This document shows, in pieces, positions 30,768-40,842 of a stretch of DNA of 64,000 nt (position 1 is its first letter; each line of letters begins with the position of its first letter). The position numbers and the translations under genes are program-made. The notes beneath the pieces were generated by a model. That model saw nothing but the letters and a program-made list of their open reading frames with translations. It searched no databases and was not told the origin of the DNA. This DNA comes from a virus, in IMG/VR virus record IMGVR_UViG_3300026484_000157, positions 32,001 to 96,000 of that record, one strand, 5' to 3'.

Positions 30768-32109
30768 ACTAGATGAATCAATAAGGTCAAGAATTAACAG
30801 AAGTTTGTTATCTTATCTAATATTAGTCATAACAAGTTATAACCTATTTACTTATTTTGTCACAACCAATTATGTGGATCAACAAAACCAACTAGTAACT
30901 GAAATAACTAAAGAGATGAACGATTTTGATCCTGAGGTTGTATGTAACATAACTGGGTGTGACTCAATAACAATATATACAAATACTAATAAAGAAATCA
31001 CATATAGAAGTATTAATGGCTCTTTAGAAAAGATAAACTATGAAGAGTTACCAAGTCACATAAGCATAGGATCACTACAAATATTCACTGATTTATCTTT
31101 GGGATTTAGCACTAAATATAATACGAATATTCGGATACCTCTTCCATCATTCTTAATAATATTATCTATCTCATATGTGGTATTCATAATTTTATCAGTA
31201 TCATTATTTAGAATGTTCCTTAATAATATTGCAGTCGAATCTAAATGGGCTGATATTATGAATTTTGCAGGTAAAGAAGCTCAATTATCAAACAAAAACA
31301 TGACCCTATTAACTGAGGATATACATCATGAGATGAAGACTCCACTAGCAATAATAGTAAACAAGGTTGACTATCTACGAGAATTCATATATGATCTTCA
31401 AAGAATTGTTAACAGTTCAACTGCAGATAGGGGATACCAACGGAAGTTAGACTTAAAAATTATGGGATGTAAGATGGAATGTGCATCTTGTTTGGCTTTT
31501 AAAAAAGGAACTGGATGCACGAGTTTAAACAAGAATGCTAAAATTGAAGAGGCTTTTGAATTAATCGACTTTTATACTAACTCAATATATAACATATTAG
31601 AGAGAATGAAAAACTTCAAGAATATTAAATATTCAAATGGTAACAAAACATTATATGACATTGTAAATGCATCGGTATCGACAATGAAGTTACATCATAA
31701 AGGATTATTTGAATATTTAATTGATGACAATCTAAAAAACCTAAAATTAGACCATGATGGGCTAAAAAATGAAGATCTACTGAATCTATTTCTTAATCAC
31801 ATAAAGAACTCACTTGAAGCTAACTCTACTTTCATATCAATAAACACAATCCAATATAAAGACAGATTTATTTACATTGATATTGTTGACAATGGAAATG
31901 GGATACCTAATGAAGCCTTAAACCAAGTATACGATCCTAATTTTTCAACTAAATCAGGTAATGGTGATGTAAGAGGTATTGGAATGTACCTAGCAAAATC
32001 AATACTGAAGATAGCAGGTGGAGATGAAGAGGTAAAAGAAACAAGTAAATCAGGAACAGTTCTTCGGCTTTGGTTTCCAGCGATATATAATAAGGAAGAT
32101 GTGAAATGA
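30754..32109 (+). CDS. Membrane sensor histidine kinase
   Basis: Two TMs; H-box DIHHEMKTPL; N-box LNHIKNSLEA; G1 DNGNGI; F-box NFSTK; G2 RGIGMY. Confidence 0.92.
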   Translation: MKAIKLDESIRSRINRSLLSYLILVITSYNLFTYFVTTNYVDQQNQLVTEITKEMNDFDPEVVCNITGCDSITIYTNTNKEITYRSINGSLEKINYEELPSHISIGSLQIFTDLSLGFSTKYNTNIRIPLPSFLIILSISYVVFIILSVSLFRMFLNNIAVESKWADIMNFAGKEAQLSNKNMTLLTEDIHHEMKTPLAIIVNKVDYLREFIYDLQRIVNSSTADRGYQRKLDLKIMGCKMECASCLAFKKGTGCTSLNKNAKIEEAFELIDFYTNSIYNILERMKNFKNIKYSNGNKTLYDIVNASVSTMKLHHKGLFEYLIDDNLKNLKLDHDGLKNEDLLNLFLNHIKNSLEANSTFISINTIQYKDRFIYIDIVDNGNGIPNEALNQVYDPNFSTKSGNGDVRGIGMYLAKSILKIAGGDEEVKETSKSGTVLRLWFPAIYNKEDVK

Positions 32110-32360
32110 GAAAACTACCATTAATAATAACATTATCTTTATCAATATCAGTATATGCAGCAGAGAATAATATTAATGATATAATATGCAGAAGATATTA
32201 TGAATCTCATAATATTGATCCAAATATCAGATCATATAACGGTTGGTTAAGATATTATAAAAATAATAATATAACTATTTCTTCTGAACTCAAATTATGT
32301 CTTAAGAAAGACTCTTTTAATTACAATAAATATATCAATTACATGGGGAAGAAACAATGA
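32106..32360 (+). CDS. Small exported protein
   Basis: Signal peptide ending VYA; two Cys; ATGA overlaps on both sides. Confidence 0.6.
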   Translation: MRKLPLIITLSLSISVYAAENNINDIICRRYYESHNIDPNIRSYNGWLRYYKNNNITISSELKLCLKKDSFNYNKYINYMGKKQ

Positions 32361-33478
32361 AAACTCTAATCATAACTTTAGCGGTATTATCGAGCTTATT
32401 AGCTACTGAAAATAATCCAATATTATTTGTAGATTATACATTTAACAATACAAATAATAACAGCCTAAGTTTTGCAAAAATTGATATATCAAACACCACT
32501 AAAATCGATGATGAAAACATCCTAAATTATAATTTGGTTTATTCAAGAATATCAACCAACAGTTTTATCGATCAAGGAACTGGGGATTATCCACCAAAAG
32601 ATTCATTATATACTACAACTGCATATTATACACACCATTTTGGAGATAACAGCATTAATATTGGTCTTATTCCTTTTAAAAATGGATCATATTCCGATGT
32701 TAATTATAACATAACACAAAGAGGTGATGGACTATATAACATTGTAAATGTATCTGCTTATTCAATTATGATGACAACAAAAATAAACAACACGATGTAT
32801 AAATATGGTGCGATGTTATACAACAACGAATTTTTGAACATTGAACACGATCAAGTAAAACAGAATAATAATTCAATATTTTTAACATTTCTAACAGATA
32901 CTAACATAGATTCAAAAAATAACATAACAACAAATGCATTCTACGGTAAGCCAAAATATAACGATGAAGAAGTAGCTGATATGTTTCTTACTGCAATAGG
33001 TTATAAATGGGATGATAAAGATGACACTGGATTAATAATATATACAATTATTTCTGCTTCATATATAAACGAGAATATTTCAAATCCAATAAGAGATGAT
33101 ATCATTACAAAATATAATATTCCAGAACAAATGGTAGCTAGTGGCAAATCATCGGGATTTGGATATTCAACATTGTTTGCCATCCAAAAGTCTTTTGAAA
33201 CTTATTATCCAACTTCAATAACTTATGAAACACAACACAATTCTGATGAATATTATAATTTAAGTGGATCAATGTTTAATTACGAGCGATTCGGTGGATG
33301 GGTTGGCGACTTCCAATCAATAAATTTTTCAATAAAGCCTAAGCCAAATTTGAAAATTTCTGCAAAACTAACAGAAATGACATCATCTAAAACAAAACAG
33401 CCAGGATCACTTATAAATACTATGGTAAATCCACAACATTCTAATTCTTTTTGTTTAACAATAAGATGGATGTATTAA
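32357..33478 (+). CDS. Putative outer-membrane beta-barrel/porin
   Basis: Signal peptide; alternating amphipathic strands; C-terminal aromatic BAM-type end LTIRWMY. Confidence 0.6.
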   Translation: MKTLIITLAVLSSLLATENNPILFVDYTFNNTNNNSLSFAKIDISNTTKIDDENILNYNLVYSRISTNSFIDQGTGDYPPKDSLYTTTAYYTHHFGDNSINIGLIPFKNGSYSDVNYNITQRGDGLYNIVNVSAYSIMMTTKINNTMYKYGAMLYNNEFLNIEHDQVKQNNNSIFLTFLTDTNIDSKNNITTNAFYGKPKYNDEEVADMFLTAIGYKWDDKDDTGLIIYTIISASYINENISNPIRDDIITKYNIPEQMVASGKSSGFGYSTLFAIQKSFETYYPTSITYETQHNSDEYYNLSGSMFNYERFGGWVGDFQSINFSIKPKPNLKISAKLTEMTSSKTKQPGSLINTMVNPQHSNSFCLTIRWMY

Positions 33479-33505
33479 ATTCTCAAATTCTATCGTTTAT
33501 AAATA
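33475..33505 (+). promoter_or_regulatory. Phage-conserved promoter
   Basis: TTAAAT-N17-TATAAA. Confidence 0.6.
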
Positions 33506-33529
33506 CCCAGTAAAAATCAAGGGTATAAA

Positions 33530-35050
33530 ATGTCAGATAAATTATATACAAAGTATCATCGTGGAGACATAAGATATTATAAGCATCAAGAAGAAGGATT
33601 AATGCACCTTATCAAGCAAAAAAAGTCAATGTTATTATTGCCAACAGGTTTAGGTAAGACTCTCACATCGCTTTCTCTGTATGCACTGTTAAAACACAAT
33701 AATAACGAGAACAAAAAATGCATCTTTGTTTCAACTAAGTCTGTTGTGGGGCAAGTCCATAATGATATTAATAAATTCTTCAATGGCATATCTTATGTTC
33801 ATTTATTTGAAGATCCAAAGCCAAAACGAATAAAGAAATATGATCAATTCGATAAAGAAACTGATATCCTGATCATATCATATGATAATATACGAAGTGA
33901 TTACCAACATATATTTAAATTGGCTAAAAAACATAACCCTTTCATAATCTGGGATGAGGGTACTGCATTTAAGAATGATCAAACCAAAGTATATAAATTA
34001 GTTAATGCAATATCCAGAGTTACAACTAGATCGACTGTATTAACAGCAACTGCTATTACAAATAAGCTTCAAGATATTGTTAATATTGCAAATGCCATTG
34101 GTATTGACATCATAACCACAACTAAGCTTCAAAGATATTATTGCAAATGGGAAACTAAACATTTTGGAAGAAGAAAAGTTAGAGAGGTAATTGGATATAA
34201 GAATATCTCAAAATTTTATGAAACAATGAAACCATTTATATTTTCAAGAAAGAAATCTGAAGTGAATGACATTCCACCGTTCACTTTAAATAAGACATTC
34301 ATCCAGAGGGATAAAAATGTAGATGAGGCACATGATGCATTAAAAGAGAGATTTAAGGCAGTCGATGAGAATGGGAATCCAGAATACGATGATAATGGAG
34401 AACAAAAATATAAACTTCCACCAGTTGGATTATATGCAATTGCTTCGGCTTGTCCATCGCTGGTTTTAGAAGATGAATCCAAATCTGTAAAATTCGACAC
34501 TATTCTGTCAAAAATAGAATATGATGTAGATGAGAATGAGAAAATAATATTGTTTTGTGAATACAAATCTGTGTTATTACAACTAGAAAGACTACTTCAA
34601 ATAACTTATGGGACACATACAACTGCATCAATTCATGGTGGGACAAAGAATAGACAGGCTGAAAAAGAGAGATTTATTGAAAAACCAGAATGTAGATTCT
34701 TTTTAGGTACATCGGCAATGAGTCATGGTGTTGATGGTCTTCAAGTTGCAAATAATATCTTCTTTGTGATCCCACCATCAACAAGCGACATACTACAACA
34801 AGTGGCAGGTAGAATTTCAAGACTAAACACAACTCATACAACATTAAGTTTATATTTCTTTTTCATGAAGAACAGTATTGATTACGAATTATATTCAATG
34901 ATACAAAATCAATTGGTGTTGATTAACTCAATTAACCCTGATGGCATAGACGAGGGATTGATCGATGAGGATGTAACATCTATCGGTTTCAAAACTATGG
35001 AAGAAGGTGATGAATGGATCAAATCAAGAATGAGAATGCACTTCGATTAA
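33530..35050 (+). CDS. SNF2-like SF2 helicase
   Basis: LPTGLGKT (I), WDEGT (II), TATAI (III), QVAGRISR (VI). Confidence 0.85.
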   Translation: MSDKLYTKYHRGDIRYYKHQEEGLMHLIKQKKSMLLLPTGLGKTLTSLSLYALLKHNNNENKKCIFVSTKSVVGQVHNDINKFFNGISYVHLFEDPKPKRIKKYDQFDKETDILIISYDNIRSDYQHIFKLAKKHNPFIIWDEGTAFKNDQTKVYKLVNAISRVTTRSTVLTATAITNKLQDIVNIANAIGIDIITTTKLQRYYCKWETKHFGRRKVREVIGYKNISKFYETMKPFIFSRKKSEVNDIPPFTLNKTFIQRDKNVDEAHDALKERFKAVDENGNPEYDDNGEQKYKLPPVGLYAIASACPSLVLEDESKSVKFDTILSKIEYDVDENEKIILFCEYKSVLLQLERLLQITYGTHTTASIHGGTKNRQAEKERFIEKPECRFFLGTSAMSHGVDGLQVANNIFFVIPPSTSDILQQVAGRISRLNTTHTTLSLYFFFMKNSIDYELYSMIQNQLVLINSINPDGIDEGLIDEDVTSIGFKTMEEGDEWIKSRMRMHFD

Positions 35051-35061
35051 TCGAAAGTGCA
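35037..35061 (+). terminator. Stem-loop over the SNF2 stop codon
   Basis: TGCACTTCGA-TTAA-TCGAAAGTGCA; no U-tract. Confidence 0.4.
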
Positions 35062-35103
35062 CTACAACCTATAAACAAACACAAATAAATAAAGGACTCG
35101 GAA

Positions 35104-35667
35104 ATGGCAATACAACATGATTGTAAATACTGTGGTGGCTCAGGAATAGTAATTAAGAATGGGCAAGAACGGAGATGTAAATGCATAATAGAAAATCAAC
35201 TTAAGTCTTATCTCGAACCAGCCCTTTTGAATGCAAAGATAAATAAAAAATTACTGGAGAGCCTTATTAATGAAGGTAAAATGTCAAGATTTAGCATACT
35301 TAAAGGCAATAATGCTAAATGTCTTGGCTTGGTTAAAACATTTGTAATAAGCAAGTTTCTTCAAACAAGTGGAGATTACACATATATCTTATCAAATGAC
35401 CAAGACATGCAGGATAGAATCTTTAAAGAAGATATGTTTGTATCAGACCTTATAAAGCCTGACTTCTTATTTTATAAACTACAAGGTTATAAACACAATT
35501 CAATCCCACCAACATTATTACAAGTACTTCAGGCAAGATTGGATGAAGGGAAAGAAACATGGATATGGGCAGGTACGGATAAACATTTCGGTGCTGATAC
35601 GGTATATGGATCAGAATTAGTAAGATTTTTGAGAGACGAATTTAAAATAATAGGGAAAAATAAATAA
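35104..35667 (+). CDS. Putative helicase loader (DnaC/DnaI-like, degenerate ATPase)
   Basis: N-terminal CxxC-GSG...CxC zinc motif; LQARLDEGKETWI; TAATG-coupled to DnaB. Confidence 0.55.
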   Translation: MAIQHDCKYCGGSGIVIKNGQERRCKCIIENQLKSYLEPALLNAKINKKLLESLINEGKMSRFSILKGNNAKCLGLVKTFVISKFLQTSGDYTYILSNDQDMQDRIFKEDMFVSDLIKPDFLFYKLQGYKHNSIPPTLLQVLQARLDEGKETWIWAGTDKHFGADTVYGSELVRFLRDEFKIIGKNK

Positions 35668-37076
35668 TGTATCAATTACCAATACTTAAAACTATAATAG
35701 AATCACCAGATTCGGTTTCACTAAATGTGATCAATGAAATAAACACTAGAAAAGATATGATATTTTTGAACTCATCAACATCTTGTTTATTTGATACTAT
35801 AAAAACATTCTACCAAAAGTATAAAAAACCACCTACAAAAGATTATCTAGAATCAATGTATGCAACCGAGAAGGATAATGAAGGTCATGAGGCATTTAAA
35901 GAGATTTATGCAGATGACATTGCCTTATCTGATAATCTTTTAGCAGTTTCAGATTTACAATTCCATTTTGGTCTGAAAACTATGATAATGAGAGTGCAAA
36001 AAGAATACAATGATAAGATAAAAATGACAAATCTTACTGACATTCAAGATGTTGCAAAAGAATTTGGGGCACAACTATCGGAGATTAATCGAAATGCATC
36101 AACATCTAATAAGGCTAAATATCGATTTGATAAAGAAACTGATGCAAGAAAAGAACTAGAAGAATATTATAATAAAATGGAAGAATCAGGTTATGTAATT
36201 TCAAAAACATCAATAGAAAAAATCGATGAGATCTGGGGTGGTATCCAAAGAGATGATATGATAACAATAGGTGGATATACAGGGCAAGGTAAATCAACAT
36301 TAGCAAGATATCTTGCATATTTACAAATTTTAGATGGTAAAAATACGGTATATATAACTACTGAAATGACAAAAGAGTCAATTAGAGCCTATTTTATTTC
36401 AATGCATGTTAATAATAGAAAAATATGGGGTTATGGTAGACCATCAGTTTCAACTAAATCAATATTAACAGGGGATATGACTGCAGAACAGAAAGAATTT
36501 GTTATAGAAGCATCTGAGGATTTACATAACAATCCAAAATATGGTATATTGGAGATTATTGAACCAGATACTTATAAGTATACCATATTGGATGCATTAG
36601 ATGAAATTCAATCTATCCATAATGATGATTTTCCTATTCATCTACTGATTTGGGATTACCTAACAAATATGAAACCAAGAGAGAAATACAGTCTTGGGAA
36701 CATGAGAGAAGAATATAACAAGTCAATCTCTGATGCAAGAAGAGTTCTGCTTAATTTAGAAATACCATGGGTTGCTTGTGCACAAGTATCAAGGGGTGGA
36801 TATAATGACTACATTAAGACTGGGAAGTATACCATCGATGCATTATCTGATTTCAACGAATATGATAGATCATCTACAAAGGTAACCTTTGTTGGTCAAA
36901 CTCCTGAAATGAAACAATCATCTACTTTTGAAATACAAAATGCTAAGAGTAGAAATACACCTCTATTTGAACCAATCAAAATGGTACAAGATCCAACATC
37001 AGGACTATTTCATTCTAACATATCTAATATTGATAAAGAAGATACTATGGTAATATTAGATGAACTAGAAATCTAG
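35667..37076 (+). CDS. dnaB: Replicative DnaB-like helicase
   Basis: GGYTGQGKS Walker A, TTEM, LIWDYL, AQVSR, KSRN. Confidence 0.88.
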   Translation: MYQLPILKTIIESPDSVSLNVINEINTRKDMIFLNSSTSCLFDTIKTFYQKYKKPPTKDYLESMYATEKDNEGHEAFKEIYADDIALSDNLLAVSDLQFHFGLKTMIMRVQKEYNDKIKMTNLTDIQDVAKEFGAQLSEINRNASTSNKAKYRFDKETDARKELEEYYNKMEESGYVISKTSIEKIDEIWGGIQRDDMITIGGYTGQGKSTLARYLAYLQILDGKNTVYITTEMTKESIRAYFISMHVNNRKIWGYGRPSVSTKSILTGDMTAEQKEFVIEASEDLHNNPKYGILEIIEPDTYKYTILDALDEIQSIHNDDFPIHLLIWDYLTNMKPREKYSLGNMREEYNKSISDARRVLLNLEIPWVACAQVSRGGYNDYIKTGKYTIDALSDFNEYDRSSTKVTFVGQTPEMKQSSTFEIQNAKSRNTPLFEPIKMVQDPTSGLFHSNISNIDKEDTMVILDELEI

Positions 37077-37078
37077 TA

Positions 37079-37129
37079 TTAAAACTTCCACATTTTGTTT
37101 TTATAAATCAGTATAAATAAAATGTGGAG
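37079..37129 (+). promoter_or_regulatory. Conserved promoter embedded in an SD-occluding hairpin
   Basis: TTAAAA-N17-TATAAA; TCCACATTTT(37087-96)/AAAATGTGGA(37119-28) stem covers SD GGAG. Confidence 0.7.
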
Positions 37130-37135
37130 TTAATT

Positions 37136-37684
37136 TTGGAACTAAAAACACGAATAAAAAGAAATGCCAACCTTGTATTGCTACTACTAGCACTTTCAAC
37201 ACAAGCAACTGCTAAAGAAGATCTATTAAAAGAACTTAATAATCTAACCCCAATTCAGAAGGCTATAATGCTAAAGACTTTCAATAAGGCTAGACAATTT
37301 AATTATGAATATACAATGACTGCAATTGCTTGGCAAGAGTCAAAATTCGGTAAATATAAAATCAACCTGAATGATCCATCATTTGGAGTATTTCACAATC
37401 TGATATCTACAGTTCAATTAAGACATGATTCAAGAGGATCATGGGCTAGATCAAGATTAGCTGAAAGACTTATGATAGACTACGATTTTAGTTTCACTGA
37501 AGCATTATCTGAGCTGAAATATTGGGAGAATTATTGGTCTAACAAAAGAGTACCAAAGAAATGGAGTCATACAATTGGTAGTTATAACGGTGGGTTTACT
37601 CCAAACATGAGTTATACTGAAAAGATTAAATCAAAAATTAGAGCACTCAAAACATACTTCAAAAACAAAGGAATAACATGGTAG
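37136..37684 (+). CDS. SLT/lysozyme-like lytic transglycosylase
   Basis: AIAWQES catalytic Glu, SFGVF, SYNGG; hydrophobic N-terminus; TTG start 6 nt after GGAG (alternative GTG 37124). Confidence 0.8.
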   Translation: MELKTRIKRNANLVLLLLALSTQATAKEDLLKELNNLTPIQKAIMLKTFNKARQFNYEYTMTAIAWQESKFGKYKINLNDPSFGVFHNLISTVQLRHDSRGSWARSRLAERLMIDYDFSFTEALSELKYWENYWSNKRVPKKWSHTIGSYNGGFTPNMSYTEKIKSKIRALKTYFKNKGITW

Positions 37685-37842
37685 ATACATCAAACTACAA
37701 TTCACTGTATGAAGAATATAACAAACTAAGGAGAAAGAATTATTTGAGTGAGGATGAAATTAAAAGAATGCATCAAATATTCACTCCTGATTTTAAGAAA
37801 TATTATATCAATAAATACACGAAGGAGAATAATAATGGTTGA
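37678..37842 (+). CDS. Hypothetical 54-aa protein not in ORF track
   Basis: SD AAGGA, MVDTSNYNSLYEEY...; fills the gap between neighbours with short overlaps. Confidence 0.5.
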   Translation: MVDTSNYNSLYEEYNKLRRKNYLSEDEIKRMHQIFTPDFKKYYINKYTKENNNG

Positions 37843-38194
37843 AACTATAAAAAGAAGAATAAAGAAAGAAGACAGATTTCTAGAGATACTAGACTCAATG
37901 AGGAACCCCCAAATTTCTATAATAAGATCTGATGTAGGTGTTCCATCAGTTAATATATGTGCGATTGCACAGGATGGAATATATGAGTACCAATATAATC
38001 ATTCAGGAGTAATAGGAATAGATTCTTTGTTGGAAAATTTATCACATAGAATGCAACCGACTGATTACATAGTTGAGGAAGATACTAGATCAAGAATAAT
38101 ATCACACATTGTTGATCTATCAAATAAACTAGATACTAACGATCTTCATGACTTAGTTCACACTATTAAGTCAAAATATCGATTTAAACTATAA
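37835..38194 (+). CDS. Hypothetical protein
   Basis: Start ATG 37835 with SD AAGGAG. Confidence 0.5.
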   Translation: MVETIKRRIKKEDRFLEILDSMRNPQISIIRSDVGVPSVNICAIAQDGIYEYQYNHSGVIGIDSLLENLSHRMQPTDYIVEEDTRSRIISHIVDLSNKLDTNDLHDLVHTIKSKYRFKL

Positions 38195-38222
38195 CATATT
38201 ACAACATAACAAAGGATTCGGA

Positions 38223-38897
38223 ATGGAAAAAATAATAGAACAAATGGCACATCTACAACATGCACTAAATTCTAAGATACACCCAGAATGGTATAAGCAA
38301 GGAAATGACTGGGATACTGCAATCATGGTTGAGTCAGCAGAGTTGTCAGATTCTCTGCAATGGAAATGGTGGAAAAATATGGATGACGATTGGTCAAATG
38401 TAGAAGTGGAATTGGTAGATTTATTTCACTTCATACTATCTAAAATGATAGAAAAGAATAAGATGAATATTGTGAACAAAGTGATAACTAGAGCACTTAC
38501 AACATTCCAATTATCAAAGCCAATTGATGACAATGATATGAAAAGAGAACTAGTGCTTATGTTCAACAAATCACTTGTACAAGCTACATTGGAAGATAAA
38601 ATGCATGATGCAATTATGTATTGGTATAAAATGTGGCTTACTATTGGTAAAACAAAAGAAGATATCTTGAAACAATATTTTGTCAAGAACATTCTAAACA
38701 CATTTAGACAAGACAATGGTTATAAAGATGGAAGTTATATCAAAGAATGGGTAGGTAAAGATGGGAGAAAATATGAGGACAATGTAATTGCATTTTACAT
38801 TGCAGATGATTTAAAATTAGATGACACATTTCCAGATGAATTTGCTAAGGCATTGGATGAAGTTTATGCAGATACCAAAATTCATCATCTCAATTAA
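38223..38897 (+). CDS. dut: Dimeric all-alpha dUTPase (Campylobacter/trypanosomatid type)
   Basis: ESAELSDS, WKWWK, VELVDLFHF, KNILNTFRQDNGYKDGSYIKEW, EDN. Confidence 0.9.
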   Translation: MEKIIEQMAHLQHALNSKIHPEWYKQGNDWDTAIMVESAELSDSLQWKWWKNMDDDWSNVEVELVDLFHFILSKMIEKNKMNIVNKVITRALTTFQLSKPIDDNDMKRELVLMFNKSLVQATLEDKMHDAIMYWYKMWLTIGKTKEDILKQYFVKNILNTFRQDNGYKDGSYIKEWVGKDGRKYEDNVIAFYIADDLKLDDTFPDEFAKALDEVYADTKIHHLN

Positions 38898-39110
38898 AAC
38901 ATATATCTCAGGTCTTATCCTGAGATATAAACCCCACTCTAAATATCTTCATTGTATGGATGGATCAATAATAGAAATTAAACATACAATCACCAATAAG
39001 TGGATTTTCAGGAAATTTTATAATAACATATTGATTGCTGAAAAGTCATACAAGACGGAGAAAGAATTATATAAAGATTCAGGAGTCTTATGAAACCCAA
39101 GGATAACAAA

Positions 39111-39368
39111 ATGTCAATATTAACAATTGAAAAAAATGCAATGATACAAATCACGAGTGACGAGCTAGATACATACATTAAACATATAAAAAATCTAAAA
39201 ATCGAACATGATCAATATGCAGTAGGATCAATTGATAATCCAAGACATATTGTGGTTGCTCAAAATCAAAAGATAATAGATTACTTAACTGAAACATTCC
39301 CACTTTCTAAGAAAGAAATTAAGAAAATTGCTTCATGTAACATGATCACATTAAAAGAAGGATACTGA
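39111..39368 (+). CDS. Hypothetical protein
   Basis: Leader AAGGATAACAA before ATG 39111. Confidence 0.5.
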   Translation: MSILTIEKNAMIQITSDELDTYIKHIKNLKIEHDQYAVGSIDNPRHIVVAQNQKIIDYLTETFPLSKKEIKKIASCNMITLKEGY

Positions 39369-39370
39369 TA

Positions 39371-40195
39371 ATGGCAAACCATAAGATTAAGAAAGAATTT
39401 GAAGATTTAGAGATCTTTATCGAGGGTAACAACCCAATTGTTGAATATAAGGGTAAGTTCTATTGGATTGGAGAGGACAAATGTCCTTTTGATCATATAG
39501 ACAATGTCAAAATTGAAAATCAAATAATTCCAGCATTTAGAAAATCTATTGGGATTCAACCACCAATATCTGAGCCATATAACACTCACATGTCACAACA
39601 CACTGAGTTCAAAGATGGAATTATATTAGATAAAGAATTCGGTTATCTTCCAAGTAATAGAAATCGAATTTACAAGAAAATGCTCAATGACAACATAGAT
39701 GAGGAATTCATTGTAACCAAATATGACGATGATAACAACCCAACTAGATATTGTATCAAGAATTCTTGTAACAAATGTGAATACAATGAGATCTGTAAAC
39801 CAGAATTAGAAGAGATTCAATATGAAGGTCACAACCAATCAATAGTTGTATTTGATATTTCTGCCCAAGAACCAGTAATTGCAGCAGCAATAGTACATAG
39901 GGAGCCACGATGGTTGGAAACATTTAGAAACAGATCACAAAGAGAAGAATTAATTGATGTATTTCTAAACATAGTAATTCAAGAAGAATTTGGTCTAGAT
40001 ATTAACCACCATACTGCTTATCAATATTGGGAATTCTTGGAATATATCGTACTAAATGAGGAACTGCTTAGTAGTTTAATCGATATGAATAATTCCTTTT
40101 ATAGAATCAGAGCTAATGAGGAAGTTCCAGAATTAGAAGAGCAGATTAACTTCATGATAGACAAATATAAAGAATTTCTTAAAAGGTATAAATAA
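39371..40195 (+). CDS. polA: Family A DNA polymerase fragment carrying motif A
   Basis: IVVFDISAQEPVIAA...REPRWLETF matches PolA motif A (DxSQxE); upstream PAFRKSI; downstream DINHHTA. Confidence 0.7.
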   Translation: MANHKIKKEFEDLEIFIEGNNPIVEYKGKFYWIGEDKCPFDHIDNVKIENQIIPAFRKSIGIQPPISEPYNTHMSQHTEFKDGIILDKEFGYLPSNRNRIYKKMLNDNIDEEFIVTKYDDDNNPTRYCIKNSCNKCEYNEICKPELEEIQYEGHNQSIVVFDISAQEPVIAAAIVHREPRWLETFRNRSQREELIDVFLNIVIQEEFGLDINHHTAYQYWEFLEYIVLNEELLSSLIDMNNSFYRIRANEEVPELEEQINFMIDKYKEFLKRYK

Positions 40196-40842
40196 TGAGT
40201 AAAGAACAAATCATCCAGAAAATAAAAGAGTCTTCTGAATATAAGGCTATTGAAGATGGACTGAAACTACAAGTTGAAAACAATATAATTTCAGATTACA
40301 GAATTAATATAAGCGATGATTATATTAATTCGTTCAATGAAGATAGAACGACTGAGGTTAAGCTCATATTAAACATTGATGTGATGCCAACTAACCCATT
40401 AAAGACAACAACTATTCAAGTGAATCCGAGACATGAGACATTGGATATGAAACCAAAATGGGGGAAAAATGACATAGTCATACACAAGAAAACTGGATCA
40501 TTAGGAGTTGTAGATAAAGATGTAAGTTACGAGAAATTCCCAGACTTCAATTGTTGGTGTGCTACTATTAACGGATTCATATATGACTGTAGAGATTGGG
40601 AATCAGCCCCATCTATTAACGGTAGAATTTGTTTGTTTAAAGATGGATCCATAACACTAGTGAATAATATGAAAACTAGAAGATTAGTGACTGAAATCTC
40701 AAGTGGAACACACCCATATGATGCAATAATTAGAATATACAAAGATTTCGACCTATTTTATTCATCAGGGGATGCTCACATTGATTTCAGTAAAATATTT
40801 AGCAATAATGCATTCAACACTAAGGTAGGAAGACATGAATAA
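40195..40842 (+). CDS. Hypothetical protein
   Basis: 215 aa, TAATG-coupled. Confidence 0.5.
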   Translation: MSKEQIIQKIKESSEYKAIEDGLKLQVENNIISDYRINISDDYINSFNEDRTTEVKLILNIDVMPTNPLKTTTIQVNPRHETLDMKPKWGKNDIVIHKKTGSLGVVDKDVSYEKFPDFNCWCATINGFIYDCRDWESAPSINGRICLFKDGSITLVNNMKTRRLVTEISSGTHPYDAIIRIYKDFDLFYSSGDAHIDFSKIFSNNAFNTKVGRHE

